Positions 47,791 to 60,967 of a stretch of DNA of 64,000 nucleotides are shown in pieces. The position numbers and the translations under genes were made by a program. The notes below the pieces were generated by a model that worked only from the letters and a program-made list of their open reading frames with translations, made no database searches and had not been told where the DNA came from. Source of the DNA: Vicugna vicugna (Eukaryota); the NCBI GenBank assembly GCA_013265495.1, contig MU062295.1:25170552-25234551 (forward strand), given 5' to 3'. The first letter of the stretch is position 1. Each line of letters opens with the position of its first letter.

Positions 47791-48559
47791 AAGTTTTAGT
47801 GTTAATAGCTCTTTTCTTTACAAAGGAGTAGGTTTCAGTAAGTGTGGGTCTGTTGGAGAAGATGTGAAGTGGTATCACTGTGGATAATTGTTCTTTCGAC
47901 TAGCCAAAGGGCCAGTGGGTTGGGCTGTCAAAGTTCACAGAGGGAAAATAATTATCAGTAAAAGAGTATTCATTGCCCGTCTTTATTACCCTGGTGATAA
48001 CGTTGAAGAGTAATGTGTTTTCTCTGTCATAATACCATCTGTCCTAAAGGAAGGTACGCGGTTATGCTATTTGCTGACAGAGAGTCAGGAAATCTTAGCG
48101 GTTTGGCATGGCCATGAACTAGTACCTGTATGTCACCGGGCAAACCACTCAGTTTTTCTGCTCTGTCATATTCATGATTGAATGATTAAGGGCCGCACTT
48201 TACAAGGCCTAGGAAACAAAGGATGCAGAGGATTTCATGCAGGACTTGAATCGGGTTCTTTATCTTTGTCTCCAAAACAAACAAGCAACAGCAAACAACA
48301 ACAATAACAGCAACAAAAACCAGCCTTGGAGACGAGAGACAGGGCTTGGATGGTTTGTATTTCTCACTTACGGCTTTGAACACGTTGATGATAGCAGTGG
48401 ATTTGCTGTGGCTCCTCTCACTTGCCGGTCGTGAAGCTCAGCTGAGTTGAGAATAATTTGACTTAGTGATCTCTGGGGTCATCCCAGCTCTACGCTCCAT
48501 CGTAACTTGGATTCCCCTTTCACGATAGAAGATTTCTAAGGCTTCTGTCCTGCAGAGCA

Positions 48560-48740
48560 TGGGTTCTGGGGCCACATGGCCTGCGTTGCATTCTGCCTTT
48601 CCTGGTCATTTTGATTTTTTTCACTACACCTCAGCTTCTTCATCTTTAAAGTGGGGATAAAGTATCTACCTTGTAGTCTTGCTGTTGTGATTATTGTTCC
48701 TGGCAAATTATCAAATGCCCATTTTATTCTTATAACAGAG
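48560..48740 (+). mobile_element. MIR SINE
   Basis: CCTCAGCTTCTTCATCTTTAAAGTGGGGATAAAGTATCTACCTTGTAG. Confidence 0.7.
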
Positions 48741-48999
48741 CAACCGCGGTTGATTGGTATCCATTAATAAGGCGCAGAGGTAGAGAGGAATGAATCTTGT
48801 GTAAGGTGGGGTGTGAGCTGTAGGTCCTGTGTTAACCAAAAAGTGAACTTTTGGATCTGTGGCTGGGTGCACGTGCCTGTGATCCTTTGCACAGGAAGCA
48901 TTCCTGCAATGTGGATTTGGAATCCATCTCAGAAGAGACTATCTGATGCAGTGGAAGGAAGAGTTTATCACATGAGAAGATGTTTTAGTAGCTTTCACG

Positions 49000-49680
49000 T
49001 GCTCGCCTGGAGGGCACCCGCGCTGAGAGGACAAAGTCACCTCTCCAGATCCACGCTAGAGCGGAATTTCAGGCAAGAGGATGGCAATAGAACTGCCTCC
49101 ACTTCAAAAGGAGAGTGTGGGTTTACACTGAGTATTGTTCCGAGGAGTCAAGAAGCAAGCATCGCGCCCCGATGGCCCTTCATCCTGGGCTGCCGCGGCT
49201 CCTGCTAGAGCAGCCCGTCCCTGCCGGCGGTGCGTTCCTCTTCTGCCGTGTTTGTATTCATGGGCACTGTCCCCCACATAAGAGCCCGGCTTGCCATTCG
49301 CGGCCTTGCTTCTGGGACCTGCAGTAAAACCGAATTAAAAAATAGATGTGAGGCTTTGACATGGAGTGGTAGTTATGCACGCTGGTTTTTAATCACCAGG
49401 CAGCAGACGGCCGGCCGCCTCAGGGAGCCACAGCCTGCACCAGGCCTGGGGGGGCTCTCTTGGTTGCAGGCCTGGGCGTGCTGGTTGTGTTGGTGGCAAC
49501 ACCAGGCAGCCACGTCAGCGTCGTCACCTGGGAAACAGAGGACACAGAAGACCGCTGGGTGGACTTGACACCGGCTCTGAACAGCTGTTGGAGTCTGAGC
49601 AAAACTTCAGGAAAGTTGTTGGCTGGGTAAGCGGGTGGGATGAGGCGGTCGGGATGGGCTGAGGGTGGGGAAGGGAAAGG
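49000..49680. promoter_or_regulatory. Intronic CpG/GC-rich patch (weak CpG-island-like)
   Basis: About 30 CpGs counted by eye in about 650 bp, against roughly 1 per 100 bp in the flanks; not recognised as a repeat; function inferred only. Confidence 0.45.
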
Positions 49681-50393
49681 AACATTCTTCACGTTGTCAG
49701 GGAGTGTTTGGAAGCAACAGAGGAACCTCCGCTTCCCACGTAGCCAGTCACAGCTGGAAATCTCAGATGGGAGTCTCTTGTTCTCAGGCCTCCTCATTCC
49801 ACAGCTGAGGAGACATGCAGAGGTGATGCCCAGCTGGTGGGAAGCCGGCCTAGATCCCAGGCCTTCTGACTCTGTCCCAGGTCCTGGTGACCTCTGCCCC
49901 AGCAGGCAGTGACCCCAAAGCGTCCAGTTAATTCTGCCTCGACTCATATCAGATTTATTTTTCGACAGATTCGTTGTTCATCGTCCTTGAATATTAAGGA
50001 ATGTTTATATGAGTTTATCTTAATTATAAATGGAAATTCTTTATAGCTTTAATGTGTATTCACCATTGTGGTTCTTTCATTGTTTTTAAAGGTTTTGTTT
50101 CCTTATTCTCTTCCTCCTTTTCTTCTTGAAGGGCCTGTTTTTATTTAAGGTACTTAACAAGAGAGAACTGTTGTTTACCTTTATGACAATTCTTTCTTTT
50201 AATTCCGAACGTACAACCCCCTCGTCACCACACAGACTCTTTTATTGTGTTTAAAGTGCTTTGTTTTCTGTGAGTAAGCTCTCTTTCACTTCCGTAGTCC
50301 TAACTCTCATATACATGCTGATGACTTCTGAAATGAGCCTCCCTCCAGTCAGTACCTCTTTCAGGAGCTCCTAATCCAGATTTTCAGATACTT

Positions 50394-50545
50394 CAGCAGT
50401 TCTTCTCAAATTTGAATGTGCACAGGAGTCACCCGGGAACCTTGGTAAAATGCATGCTGGGATTTAGCAAGTCTGGGGTGGGGTCTGAGATTCTGCCTTT
50501 CTGACAAGCTTTATACTGGTGCTGTTAGTCCTGGAAACACACTTT
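50394..50545. mobile_element. MER5A-like hAT MITE
   Basis: CAGCAGTTCTTCTCAAATTTGAATGTGCACAGGAGTCACCCGGGAACCTTGGTAAAATGCA...GGGGTGGGGTCTGAGATTCTGCCTTTCTGACAAGCT. Confidence 0.85.
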
Positions 50546-50629
50546 ATACCCAAAGAGTCATTGATTAAGGCACAGAGGTAAAGACAAAGGACTCTTGTAT
50601 GAGGTGGGCGTGAGCCGAGTGTAGCCATA

Positions 50630-51520
50630 CATTGTCACTCAGGGGTCTCTAACATCTTCCAAACTGAACATCTTCCAAACTGAACGCATCACATTCCCTG
50701 TCCAACCTGGTGTTTGGTCCATATTTCCTCTCTTCGTTAATGATTGCCATCTGCTTGCCTGTCGAAGAATAAGCTGTGGAACCACCTTGGTTTCTTCTGT
50801 GTCCTCCATCCACTTTACCTTGCTGGTCACCAAGATCATTGAAGCCTGCTTGAGGAAAGCTTCTTGAATTTGTCCTCACTTCTGTTTCTATCTGTGCCCT
50901 CTGGATTCAGATCCTTATCATCTCCAGAGCATCCTAGCTCCAGGCTATCTCAGTATTTATTCTTCCTAAAGGCATATTTCTTAAACACTAATTCATAGTG
51001 ACATCTGCTTGTTTGAAAATCTTCCCCTGTCACATTCCAAGTGTCTCAATATGACAAACAAGGTCCAACACAATTTGGCTATAGTCCTTTTTATCCCAAT
51101 GCCTAACGCCACCCACCCCCTGCCCCAAGTTGGTCACATTTCCCTTGAAGTCAATGCAGTTGGTCTGCACCAATCCACTCACAGTTCCCCAAGCTCACTG
51201 TGTACCTTTGTTTCTGTATTTTAGCTCCTTGAATCCGTTCTCATCCTATTCTACCTAGCAGAATCCTACTCAGCCTTCAAGCTCCAGGTTGTATCACTCT
51301 TCTATGAAATCTTTACCAAGTCTCCTCCTTCGAGCTTGTGACTTTTCTAATCTGCATATCCACAGCAGTTACCACTTGCAATATTGTTTTGGAGTTCATT
51401 GCACATGTCTTTGCTCCCTGATAAGTTCTAGGTGTACCTTGTCTGAAATACAGCTGCATTTCATAGTGTAGCGTAGTGTGGAATAAAGTAGGTTTTCCCT
51501 AAATGCTTGCCAAATCGCCA
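50630..51520 (+). mobile_element. L2 LINE fragment(s)
   Basis: AACATCTTCCAAACTGAAC...TATTTCCTCTCTTCGTTAATG...ATCCTACTCAGCCTTCAAGCTCCAGGTTGTATCACTCTTCTATGAAATCTT. Confidence 0.65.
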
Positions 51521-51694
51521 AAACAGCAAATACTCTTTAGACAGACAGACAATAACATTTTGCAGATTTGAAGTGGAAGGGAATGACGTCATTTGTATAT
51601 GTTGAGCAATGTGAGGAGAACCTGCCTACTACCTCATTCATTCTGCAGCCCTGCTGGCAATACAGTAGCCCCCCAGCCATCTGTGGCGACCACA

Positions 51695-51935
51695 CTGAGC
51701 TGCAGTACAAGCGTAAGCTGCAGGATTTTGAAGACTTAAGAATGAAAAAAAAGCAAAAGATCTCATTAACAATTTTTATGTTGATGACATGTTGCAGTGG
51801 TAATATTTTAGGTAAATGGGGCTAAAGTATACCATGAAAATTAATTTTACCTCTCTTTTGCTTTTTTAATGTAAGCACTAGAAAATTTTAAATTACTATT
51901 ATGGCTTATTTTTTATTTCAATTAGATAGCACCAT
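51695..51935. mobile_element. MER33 hAT MITE
   Basis: GGATTTTGAAGACTTAAGAATGAAAAAAA...TCTCATTAACAATTTTTATGTTGATGACATGTTG...AAATTAATTTTACCT...CACTAGAAAATTTTAAATTAC. Confidence 0.85.
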
Positions 51936-53828
51936 TTTAAAATAACAGTTTATTGTCACATTCAGAAAAACTCAGGTTTTCTGCCACCCCCAGTTGTGCT
52001 GTTTGAGATTCTGTCAAATATCTAATGGTTAGGGTTAAGTTTTCAAGTATGAGTTACTGGTTTAAAAATAAAATCATTTATATGAAAATGCTACCACTGA
52101 ATTCAGTTTCCCAAGTTGCAGTGTCTTTTGAGAGAATTCTTTTGATTCTTACTGAACTACCAAACTAAATCTCAGAAACTTTACCATATGTCACCTCTGT
52201 TAATGTCACCTATCACTAAAAACTCAGAATGTTTACTTATTTATTTTTTAGCATGACCTATAATAAGAAATGGAAGATGAGAAAGTTTATTATAAAATTT
52301 GCAATGCCTTTAACCCTACTGCCCACATAGTTTCTCAGTACTTTTGCTGGTTCAAAATCATACACATTTTATGCCATCATTAAAACCTTCTGCTTAAATT
52401 AAAGTTTCAGCATTTAAAGCTTAAGGATTCTGTAAAAAAATTTTTAAACTTGAGATGCCTAAGGCACTTTTTTTTCAATTTTCTGTAGACATAGAATCCT
52501 TTTCTAGTACATTTTTAGATGTATCACCAAATAACAGGTAAACTGAAGTAAAGCTTCTATGGTTGAGCAGTGAGTGGGGAAACCAGAGAGGCCCTTTCCC
52601 ATCACCTTAGTTTCTTCTTCAAAATACAACACTCAGGTGAAGTAGCAAGCTAAATTAGAGTTTTAGACATTAAAAATCAGTGTGAACAGGTTAGAGATAT
52701 AATTTTTAGAATTGGAAGAGACTTGAGCTGTTCTTGTAGAGTGAATTATCTGTCTTGCTCACACAATGAACAGTAGAGCTGGAAACAGGCCAACTTCTAT
52801 CTTCCAGGGGAATCTTCTTGTGTTTACTATCCTGTGAAAAATAACCTAAGAAATGCTCTGTCTTGGGATTTTAGTATGACCAAACAACGATGGCAGTGCT
52901 TGAAGGAGGCGGGGGTAAGAACCTATTGGAGATAAAGTGAGGGCATATGTGCTGTGATTCATGGAGCAGTAGCCCAAAGTGGGGATTGGGTGAACACTTA
53001 GGAGGCGGCCAAAAATGTCAGTCTCTCTTCCCTCTGTACTCAATCCATCACTTATTACAATTCACTGATTAGGGTTTAAAATGGCACAATGAATTATGCA
53101 AAGGCTGTTTCTGCAGGAGGGGCTGTCTTGCAGCCTAATGCAGCACAGATGGAAAGATCCTCTTAATCATTGTTCTCACAACACTTGGAAGCTTTTTGAG
53201 GAATAAGCACCCAAAAGTGGAAGTGAATGGCCTGCAACAGTAAATGAATTCCTTCTGCAGAGAGGAACTGAAATGTATTTATGATGCAGGTGGTTGCCCT
53301 GGGTTTGAATGCTCATCCTTGTCATCTGAGATTCACGCTTAGAAGCAAAATGTCTCTTGAAATACTTGGGTTTTAGTTGCTTCCACTGGAGAAATTACTT
53401 CTGCCCAGGCTGTATTATTTCTGGCCCAACGTGTATTATTATTATTATTATTCAGAAATGGCAACAAGTATTTAAATGCCATTTCATTCGAAGCATGAAA
53501 ACATGCAAATTGCCTCTCGTTTTCTGATCCTTAGTTCCTACTGCAGAGACTGAATTAGTAAGCATCACTTTACTTTTATTAGCATAATATTAATGCACAT
53601 CATTAGCAAAGGCTTTTTAAAAAAGAAATTAGAACCATGGAAAGAAACTTGTAACAGTGTTCCCTTTCTCAGTGAGGAAGAAGAAACATTTATGATTAGG
53701 TTTCTAATTTTGGTATCTGTACCAAGGATCGCCCACCTGGCTCCAAACAGGAACCTGTTTCTAAAATCAACATCAGCTTGGAGGTTTCACTTGCGGAGCA
53801 AGAGGCAATCTGAAAGAGGCCCAAATAT

Positions 53829-55365
53829 TATCCAATTACCCACGACATATTTCACAGAACTAGAACAAATCATAATAAAATTTATATGGAACCATCAAAG
53901 ACCTAGAATTGCTAAAGCATTACTGAAGAGAAAGAAAGAGGCTGGAGGAATAACTCTCCCAGACTTCAGACAATACTATAGAGCTACAGTCATCAAGACA
54001 GCATGGTATTGGTACCAAAACAGACATATGGACCAATGGAACAGAATAGAGAGCCCAAAAATGAACCCACAAACCTTTGGTCAACTAATCTTCGACAAAA
54101 GAGGCAAGAATATACAATGGAATAAAGACAGTCTCTTCAGCAAATGGTGTTGGGTAAACTGGAGAGCAGCATGTAAAACAGTGAAGCTAGAACCCACCCT
54201 TACACCATATATAAAAATCAACTCAAAATGGATTAAAGACTTAAACATAAGACAAGATACAATAAACCTCCTAGAGGAAAACATAGGCAAAACATTATCT
54301 GACATACATTTCAAAAATTTTCTCCTANNNNNNNNNNNNNNNNNNNNNNNNNNNNNNNNNNNNNNNNNNNNNNNNNNNNNNNNNNNNNNNNNNNNNNNNN
54401 NNNNNNNNNNNNNNNNNNNNNNNNNNNNNNNNNNNNNNNNNNNNNNNNNNNNNNNNNNNNNNNNNNNNNNNNNNNNNNNNNNNNNNNNNNNNNNNNNNNN
54501 NNNNNNNNNNNNNNNNNNNNNNNNNNNNNNNNNNNNNNNNNNNNNNNNNNNNNNNNNNNNNNNNNNNNNNNNNNNNNNNNNNNNNNNNNNNNNNNNNNNN
54601 NNNNNNNNNNNNNNNNNNNNNNNNNNNNNNNNNNNNNNNNNNNNNNNNNNNNNNNNNNNNNNNNNNNNNNNNNNNNNNNNNNNNNNNNNNNNNNNNNNNN
54701 NNNNNNNNNNNNNNNNNNNNNNNNNNNNNNNNNNNNNNNNNNNNNNNNNNNNNNNNNNNNNNNNNNNNNNNNNNNNNNNNNNNNNNNNNNNNNNNNNNNN
54801 NNNNNNNNNNNNNNNNNNNNNNNNNNNNNNNNNNNNNNNNNNNNNNNNNNNNNNNNNNNNNNNNNNNNNNNNNNNNNNNNNNNNNNNNNNNNNNNNNNNN
54901 NNNNNNNNNNNNNNNNNNNNNNNNNNCCATTTGCAGCAACATGGATGCTCCTAGAGAATGTCATTCTAAGTGAAGTAAGCCAGAAAGAGAAAGAAAAATA
55001 CCATATGAGATCGCTCATATGTGGAATCTAAAAAACAAAAACAAAAACAAACAAACAAACAAAAACAAAGCATAAATACAGGACAGAAATAGATTCATGG
55101 ACAGAGAATACAGACTTGTGGTTACCAGGGGGGTGGAGGGTGGGAAGGGATAGACTGGGATTTCAAAATTGTAGAATAGATAAACAAGATTACACTGTAT
55201 AGCACAGGGAAATATACACAAAATGTTATGATAACTCACAGAGAAAAAAATGTGACAATGAGTGTGTATATGTCCATGAATGACTGAAAAATTGTGCTGA
55301 ACACTGGAATTTGACACGACATTGTAAAATGGATCATAAATCAATAAAAAATGTTTTAAAAAAAG
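53829..55365 (+). mobile_element. 5'-truncated young L1 (ORF2 C-terminal region, 3'UTR and A-rich tail), same sense as ARHGAP18
   Basis: 166 uninterrupted ORF2 codons ([13 protein letters not shown]...[36 protein letters not shown]...FSKWCW...[16 protein letters not shown]). After the gap, FAATWMLLENVILSEVSQKEK in another frame. G-rich 3'UTR 55128-55149; AATAAA 55343-55348. Confidence 0.95.
54328..54926. other. Assembly gap (599 N) inside the L1
   Basis: Run of n in the sequence. Confidence 0.99.
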
Positions 55366-58300
55366 AAAATTTCAGAACAGAGGTGATACGCAGTTACCTG
55401 TATCATGATCCATATGCCGTTAAGAATGTGTACATAGGGCATATTTCTAAGACACTGCTTTTTATTCTTTGGCCAATTCAAGGTATAGTAAAGGACTGAC
55501 TGAAAACTGTTCCCAGCAAAGGGGTTAATATAAGGGGACACTGATTAATTCTTTATTTGCTCAGAGGAAATGGGCTTAAATTAGAGGGAAGTAAAGTTGA
55601 ATCAAATAACAGGAAGACCCTGTTGGCTCTGGAGAGAGCTTTCTAAAATGAGAACGAGGGATAGGAATCTCCCTTCTTACCTGCCCTGGCTGTGCTGCTG
55701 ACATTTTTTCACGTTTTCTGGCATCTGGGTCTGCCTCGGTTTAACTGGAACGAGCACTGCGGTACCTGCTGTCTGCACCAGTCATTTGCGTGGAGCCGGT
55801 GCTGCCCAGGGTGGTTGTTTTCTTGTGTATTTTATCTCCTCTATTGCAGTGTAGACTCTTGGGGATCAGAGAGGAGGTTCTGTGCTGCTTTGGACATCAA
55901 TTTGTGTGGTATCTTGCAATTAATGAGGAGCCAGTGTTTGTTGAATGAATGTGTGAATCACAACTTAGTTATCTGTTTATTATTACCAAGCAAGGACCCA
56001 AGCTCTATAGCATCACTCCACCAAAACATTGAAGTGTTGGCTTCATTCCAATTCCACTCTTCTTTCCAGTGTCCACTTCATTACTTGGAATGGAAAATGT
56101 GCTTCATTTCGTGGCTTGATTTCATTGTTAAATCAACCACAATGATATTTAAAAACAACCAAAATTTAAACATGAAATTCTGACCAGTATCGCAATAAAG
56201 GAAGACCGAGGATTAAACATAAGCACTGTACAGTGAAACTTTCTATTCACAAAGCTGTTGGATTAAGATGTTTACATTCCTGTATTAGACTGGTTGGCAT
56301 ATGCTTAGAATTTCACAGGTATTTCTAATAAAAGTTATGTATTTCACTTTATAGAGCCAGCTCCAGGAAATAACTAAAGTCCTTTATGAGGTGAGAACCC
56401 TTAATAGTTGGCCCTCAAGTACCTGAGTTGAAAAAGAAAAAGTAAAACAAAGAGCAAGAAAATTTCTAAGTCTTGGGTCTTTCCTATAGAGTATCTGACA
56501 AGATAGTAAAGGAAGTTTATCTTTGATCCTGTCATCTACCCTGGCTACCATGCCCTTGGTGCCTTGCACGAATACTGCCTTCAGCCCTAGGGGAACTACA
56601 TCCTCTTAATTCTTTCATCTTTTCCTTTTAGAACTTACTCAGACTCTCTTCTGGTATCTAGAGGCTCGGTTCCCTATTCAGTGGCCCATTGGTTAATCCC
56701 TTCTTCAGTGAGCTATCAGTGCTTTCTCCCACTTCTCTGTCCTGGCAAGGAGGGGCATGGGTAGCAGACCTGGCTGGGATGTCAGTTTCCAGGAGCCCTG
56801 GCCAGTGCAGAGTGTGTGGTTCAGGAAGGCATCCAAGCAGGTGATCTTTGGGAAAGAAATAGGTATCACTCAGTCTGGATTGTTTCTTTGCAGGGACTGG
56901 GCAGAAAGGAGAATCCATGTGTGGAGCAGTGGGGAAAGCAGAGGAGAGCAAGAAGGATGCCAGTGGAAGACGGGAGGTGGAAGTCATTGAGCTGGATGTT
57001 GGTTTAGCTTTTTTAGAGTGCCAGCAGCCTGGCCATGGTTAGGGAAGGAAGTCTCAAGGGCGTTGGCTTCTTGTGGGCTTCATGACCTATTTCAGATTCC
57101 TACATAAAATGACATTTTGGAACCAGATGCCATATTGCTTTTGGCTGAATGGGAATATTGCTGCCCCATGTAAGTAACAAGTAAACAGTAGGCTAGCATG
57201 ATGAGTGGGAGACTCAGGGCCTTCCTAAGAGGACTAGGATAGGAGTTAAACTAGGATACATTCATAAGCTTCCAGTTTGGGGGGTTTAATCATCCTGGAA
57301 TTGGATGTACCTGTGGGTGGCATTTACTAGAGCTCGAAGTGCCCGTAACTGTGCTGGGTGATGTGATAATGCTTGGGAGTAGCATTAGTTACATTTTCTT
57401 ATTAATAGTTTTTCTTTGCCTTCTGTGTTTCCTCCCTTCAACTCTTGCAAGTTCTGTAATTCCTTCCCATAAAACCCTTGCCCAAGCCCCATGGTCACAT
57501 TAGGTCTCACTGCCCTCTGAACTCTGTTCCTGTCCTCTAAACAGAGTTCAGTGGCTTTTGCTGAAAACACATTTTTGTGGGATTCTTTGTTTTGTTTTGT
57601 TTTTTCCTTCAGAAGTTAAGTATTTTAGTATTGAAAATTGCCTTTATTTTCCCAATTTTATTTTATATTATATGTTTCTTTTAGGCTACTTGCATTCAGA
57701 TCTGTCTCATGTTGGGTCAGCTCAGATTCTAAAGCATACTAAGGAAAAAATGGTTTTAGATAATCTCATATAAAAAGGAAAACTTACCCAGTAATATTCA
57801 CATAGTCTTCTTTGTAACTGACTTCTGAAGACATTTAGTGGAAAATAATACTGATGAGTTGTTTCTAAGCTTGGCTAAATTATTTGAAAAGCTGGAAATT
57901 ATTTCTTCACCCCCTCCATCTCCTTAGTAGAGCTGACTTTTTGCACCTGGCTAATAAAAATACTTTCTGGCCTTCAGTGCTTATCAGTGGAACATTATAA
58001 TATTTGAAGGTCATTTGGAGCTATCCATATAATTACACTTTGAAGCCCAAGGGAAGTGGCTTGGTTTTTTCCTACCCAGGTAGTTGCCACACTGTTGCTG
58101 CTGTTTTCAGTTCTACTGTTACCATTCATCAGCATTATTTTGAAATGATGTAGAAGTATGTATCCTCTCCCTTTCTATTATATAATATAAACACAGACAT
58201 CCTTTCACTTTTAACATCCTTCCAATATTTATTTATGGTATTCCTTATGCTGGCTGGTGGAAGGTTGGCTTTATGTCCCTGTAGCCCCACTGAGATATGT

Positions 58301-60967
58301 GATGATTTCTCTACCTTACTGCAGCAAATAATCACAGAGAACTAAGAAGAGTTTAATAACAATGCCCACATCTCTTCTATAATATATGCCCATGCATTTA
58401 CCTTTAGTTGTTATCAAACGTTTTTTTATCCAAATTTGCCTTGTGTCCACATTTTTATTAGCATAAGAAAGTTGATGTTAATATGTATATAAAAGTCTTA
58501 CAGGTGGGCGAGAGGTTGGCCCATATAAATAAGTAAAACTAATATTATTTCAATGCTATTCCAACATTAAATTAAAAAATATTAATGTTTATAGTTTCGT
58601 ATTATATCAACAAATGTTTTGTTGGTACCTATATGATGGCAGGCATTATGAATCAATAGTGACCTACATTATGAATTAGAGGGGGATATCAGAAAATTAC
58701 AGTTTGTCAATCTGTAGTCAGGTGATGCCCAGAATGAGATTCCTGGCCAACAGTTCAACATCTATCCTGGACCCCAGATCTTGAAGTATATTGTTAACTT
58801 TTGTATATGAGAGAGTTGCTTGTTGGTGAAAATTTATCTGTTTGTATTTATGTATTTTTAAGACATAAACTGGTAAACTGTAATGATGAGATTCTAAGCT
58901 GATAGACATGATAGGAGACTTTTGAATGATGAGTTCAAGATTATTAGAGAGGATGGGAGGACTTGGTCTTCATTAGTAAACTACTTTCTTCATTTCACCT
59001 CTGAAAATGTGTTAAGAACTTGATGGAGTCCTCAGAAAGAAAAGAGCACAGCTTTGAAACAAAACAGGGAAAAGATTTGTTAAAAGCAATAAAAATAAAT
59101 GAATAAAAGGTTGATGAAAATTTCAGATGTCGATAACTACCTTTGACTATTTTGAAACAAGAGCCAGGCATTAGACAAGTGTGGTGAGAAAGCTAGACTC
59201 CATCTCGGGAAAGACCAGCCTTCCTTAATGGACCAGTGCAGGGGCTTCAGGCAAATCCAGCACGACTGTGAGCAGCAGTCAAGGGGAGAGGGAAGGATCC
59301 AGGATGGACCGTGGAGGTAACCTCAAACTATTGATCTGCATCTATGGAAGTGGTTGAGTGGAGGATGAAGTGGAGGTGAGTGGGCGGTAGCAGTTAGAGA
59401 AGAAGTGAAATTCTTGCTGAGGAAGGAATGGTGAACCACAGCAGGATCTGAAGTGTGTTAGGGACAGTGCTAAAGCAAAGGTCATGACCCCGAGGCTCAT
59501 GGAGAGTTGTCTGGGCTGCCGGTCAGTGAGGAACTGGAAAATTCCACCCACGCGTAGTGTCAGTGTCTTTATAATCTATCTTACAATAAAGGCTTGAGTA
59601 GGTTGGTCCAACAGATCTCTGAGAAGTTGTTCAACATATAGTGGGTGTTCAACAGATATTTTCAGAGATTAAGTTGACAGGATGGAACCAGGGAATGTGA
59701 GCGTAACAAGCTGCATTCCAGTGCTTGTTTGTGACTTACTATTAGGTACAGTCTGATAGGAAACTGGCCCTGTATTTGTATGTTTCTATTCCCTCATAAG
59801 AAAGCCTACTTTCATATAAAACACCCAGGAACTATAGGAGCACAGAACAATTACCTATTAATTACCCTTTAGGGTTTTCTGATGACTCATTTCTTCAGTG
59901 TCTACTTTTTATGCCCCTGTTTTATTCCTTTATAGTTTTGTGCGATTAAATAAGAAACACCTTAAAAGTTAAAAGGATGTTTTTGAGACAGCAATAATTC
60001 AGCAATTAATAATGAACAATTCACAAGCATCTGCTTTGGCAAATGGATTGCTCAACCCAGGGGTTCCCAGATTAAAATGAACAAATAAACTGCAGATTCT
60101 TGCCCCCAGGAACATACAATGTGGTGGTAGAGACACAAGCAGGAGTATCACGGTGCAGGATGTGGGGAGGGCAATGGCGAGACTGAAGGAGCGAGGAAAT
60201 GTCTGTCTTTATTCCAACCCGCATGGAGAAAGGTACCAAGATGTGAAATTGAGTAGTGGCAGCCGGAAAGCAGATCCAGCTGGAGCTCCTGTGCTCTGAA
60301 CGCTGGTGTTGAATCCCCAGGTGGCGCTGCAACCCACTGGAACCAGGAAAGGAAAGAGTTCTGGAGAGGAGCGGGGTCAGGTAGATACGAATCTGGTGAT
60401 GGAGAATTGCAGGTGCAGACTCAGTTGGATGTGCTTTGAACCAGTTTTCCAAGATCTGGATAGTTTATGTCAAAGCCCCACTGCAGACCTCTTACCCTTG
60501 TCTTAGCCAATGATTCAGACATGAGAATCCATGGCTCCCATCTGGCTGCTTGTTCAGTCATCTCTCCAGTTAAGGAGGAAAAACCTCGTCCTGAGATGGA
60601 TTTGGGGAGCTCAGGAACAAAGAGGGTCTCACTTCTACCCAGAACCGGAGCTCTGGAAGAGGGAGGACCTGTGTCTGCTGGCCAGTGCTGGCCCATAACT
60701 TCCCCTTTATGTGCCCTATGTCTGTGTGCAAAAGGGAAGGGAGTTCTCCCGATGTTCTATGGCTGCCTCATGACTCTCCCGCAGGCCTTTCTGTCTTGTG
60801 TCTTTCCTCCTTTCTTTCTGCTAGACCTGGGTAATAGCTGCCTCTACCCCTGCTTTTTTTGCGATGCTCACATGTGAATTGGTTTTGCCATAGTTTTCTG
60901 TAAAAGTGATCAAGCCAAATTTTCAAAGCACTCTCTTCAGTGTCACTAACGGGCTTCTCTTTTCAGT

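Noticed and set aside
49420-49947. 175-aa minus-strand ORF
   Set aside because: Runs through a MIR and GC-rich sequence; no recognisable domain.
53593-54954. 453-aa ORF in the supplied track
   Set aside because: About 79 non-L1 codons happen to be in frame with an L1 ORF2 fragment, and 599 Ns inflate the length; not a gene.
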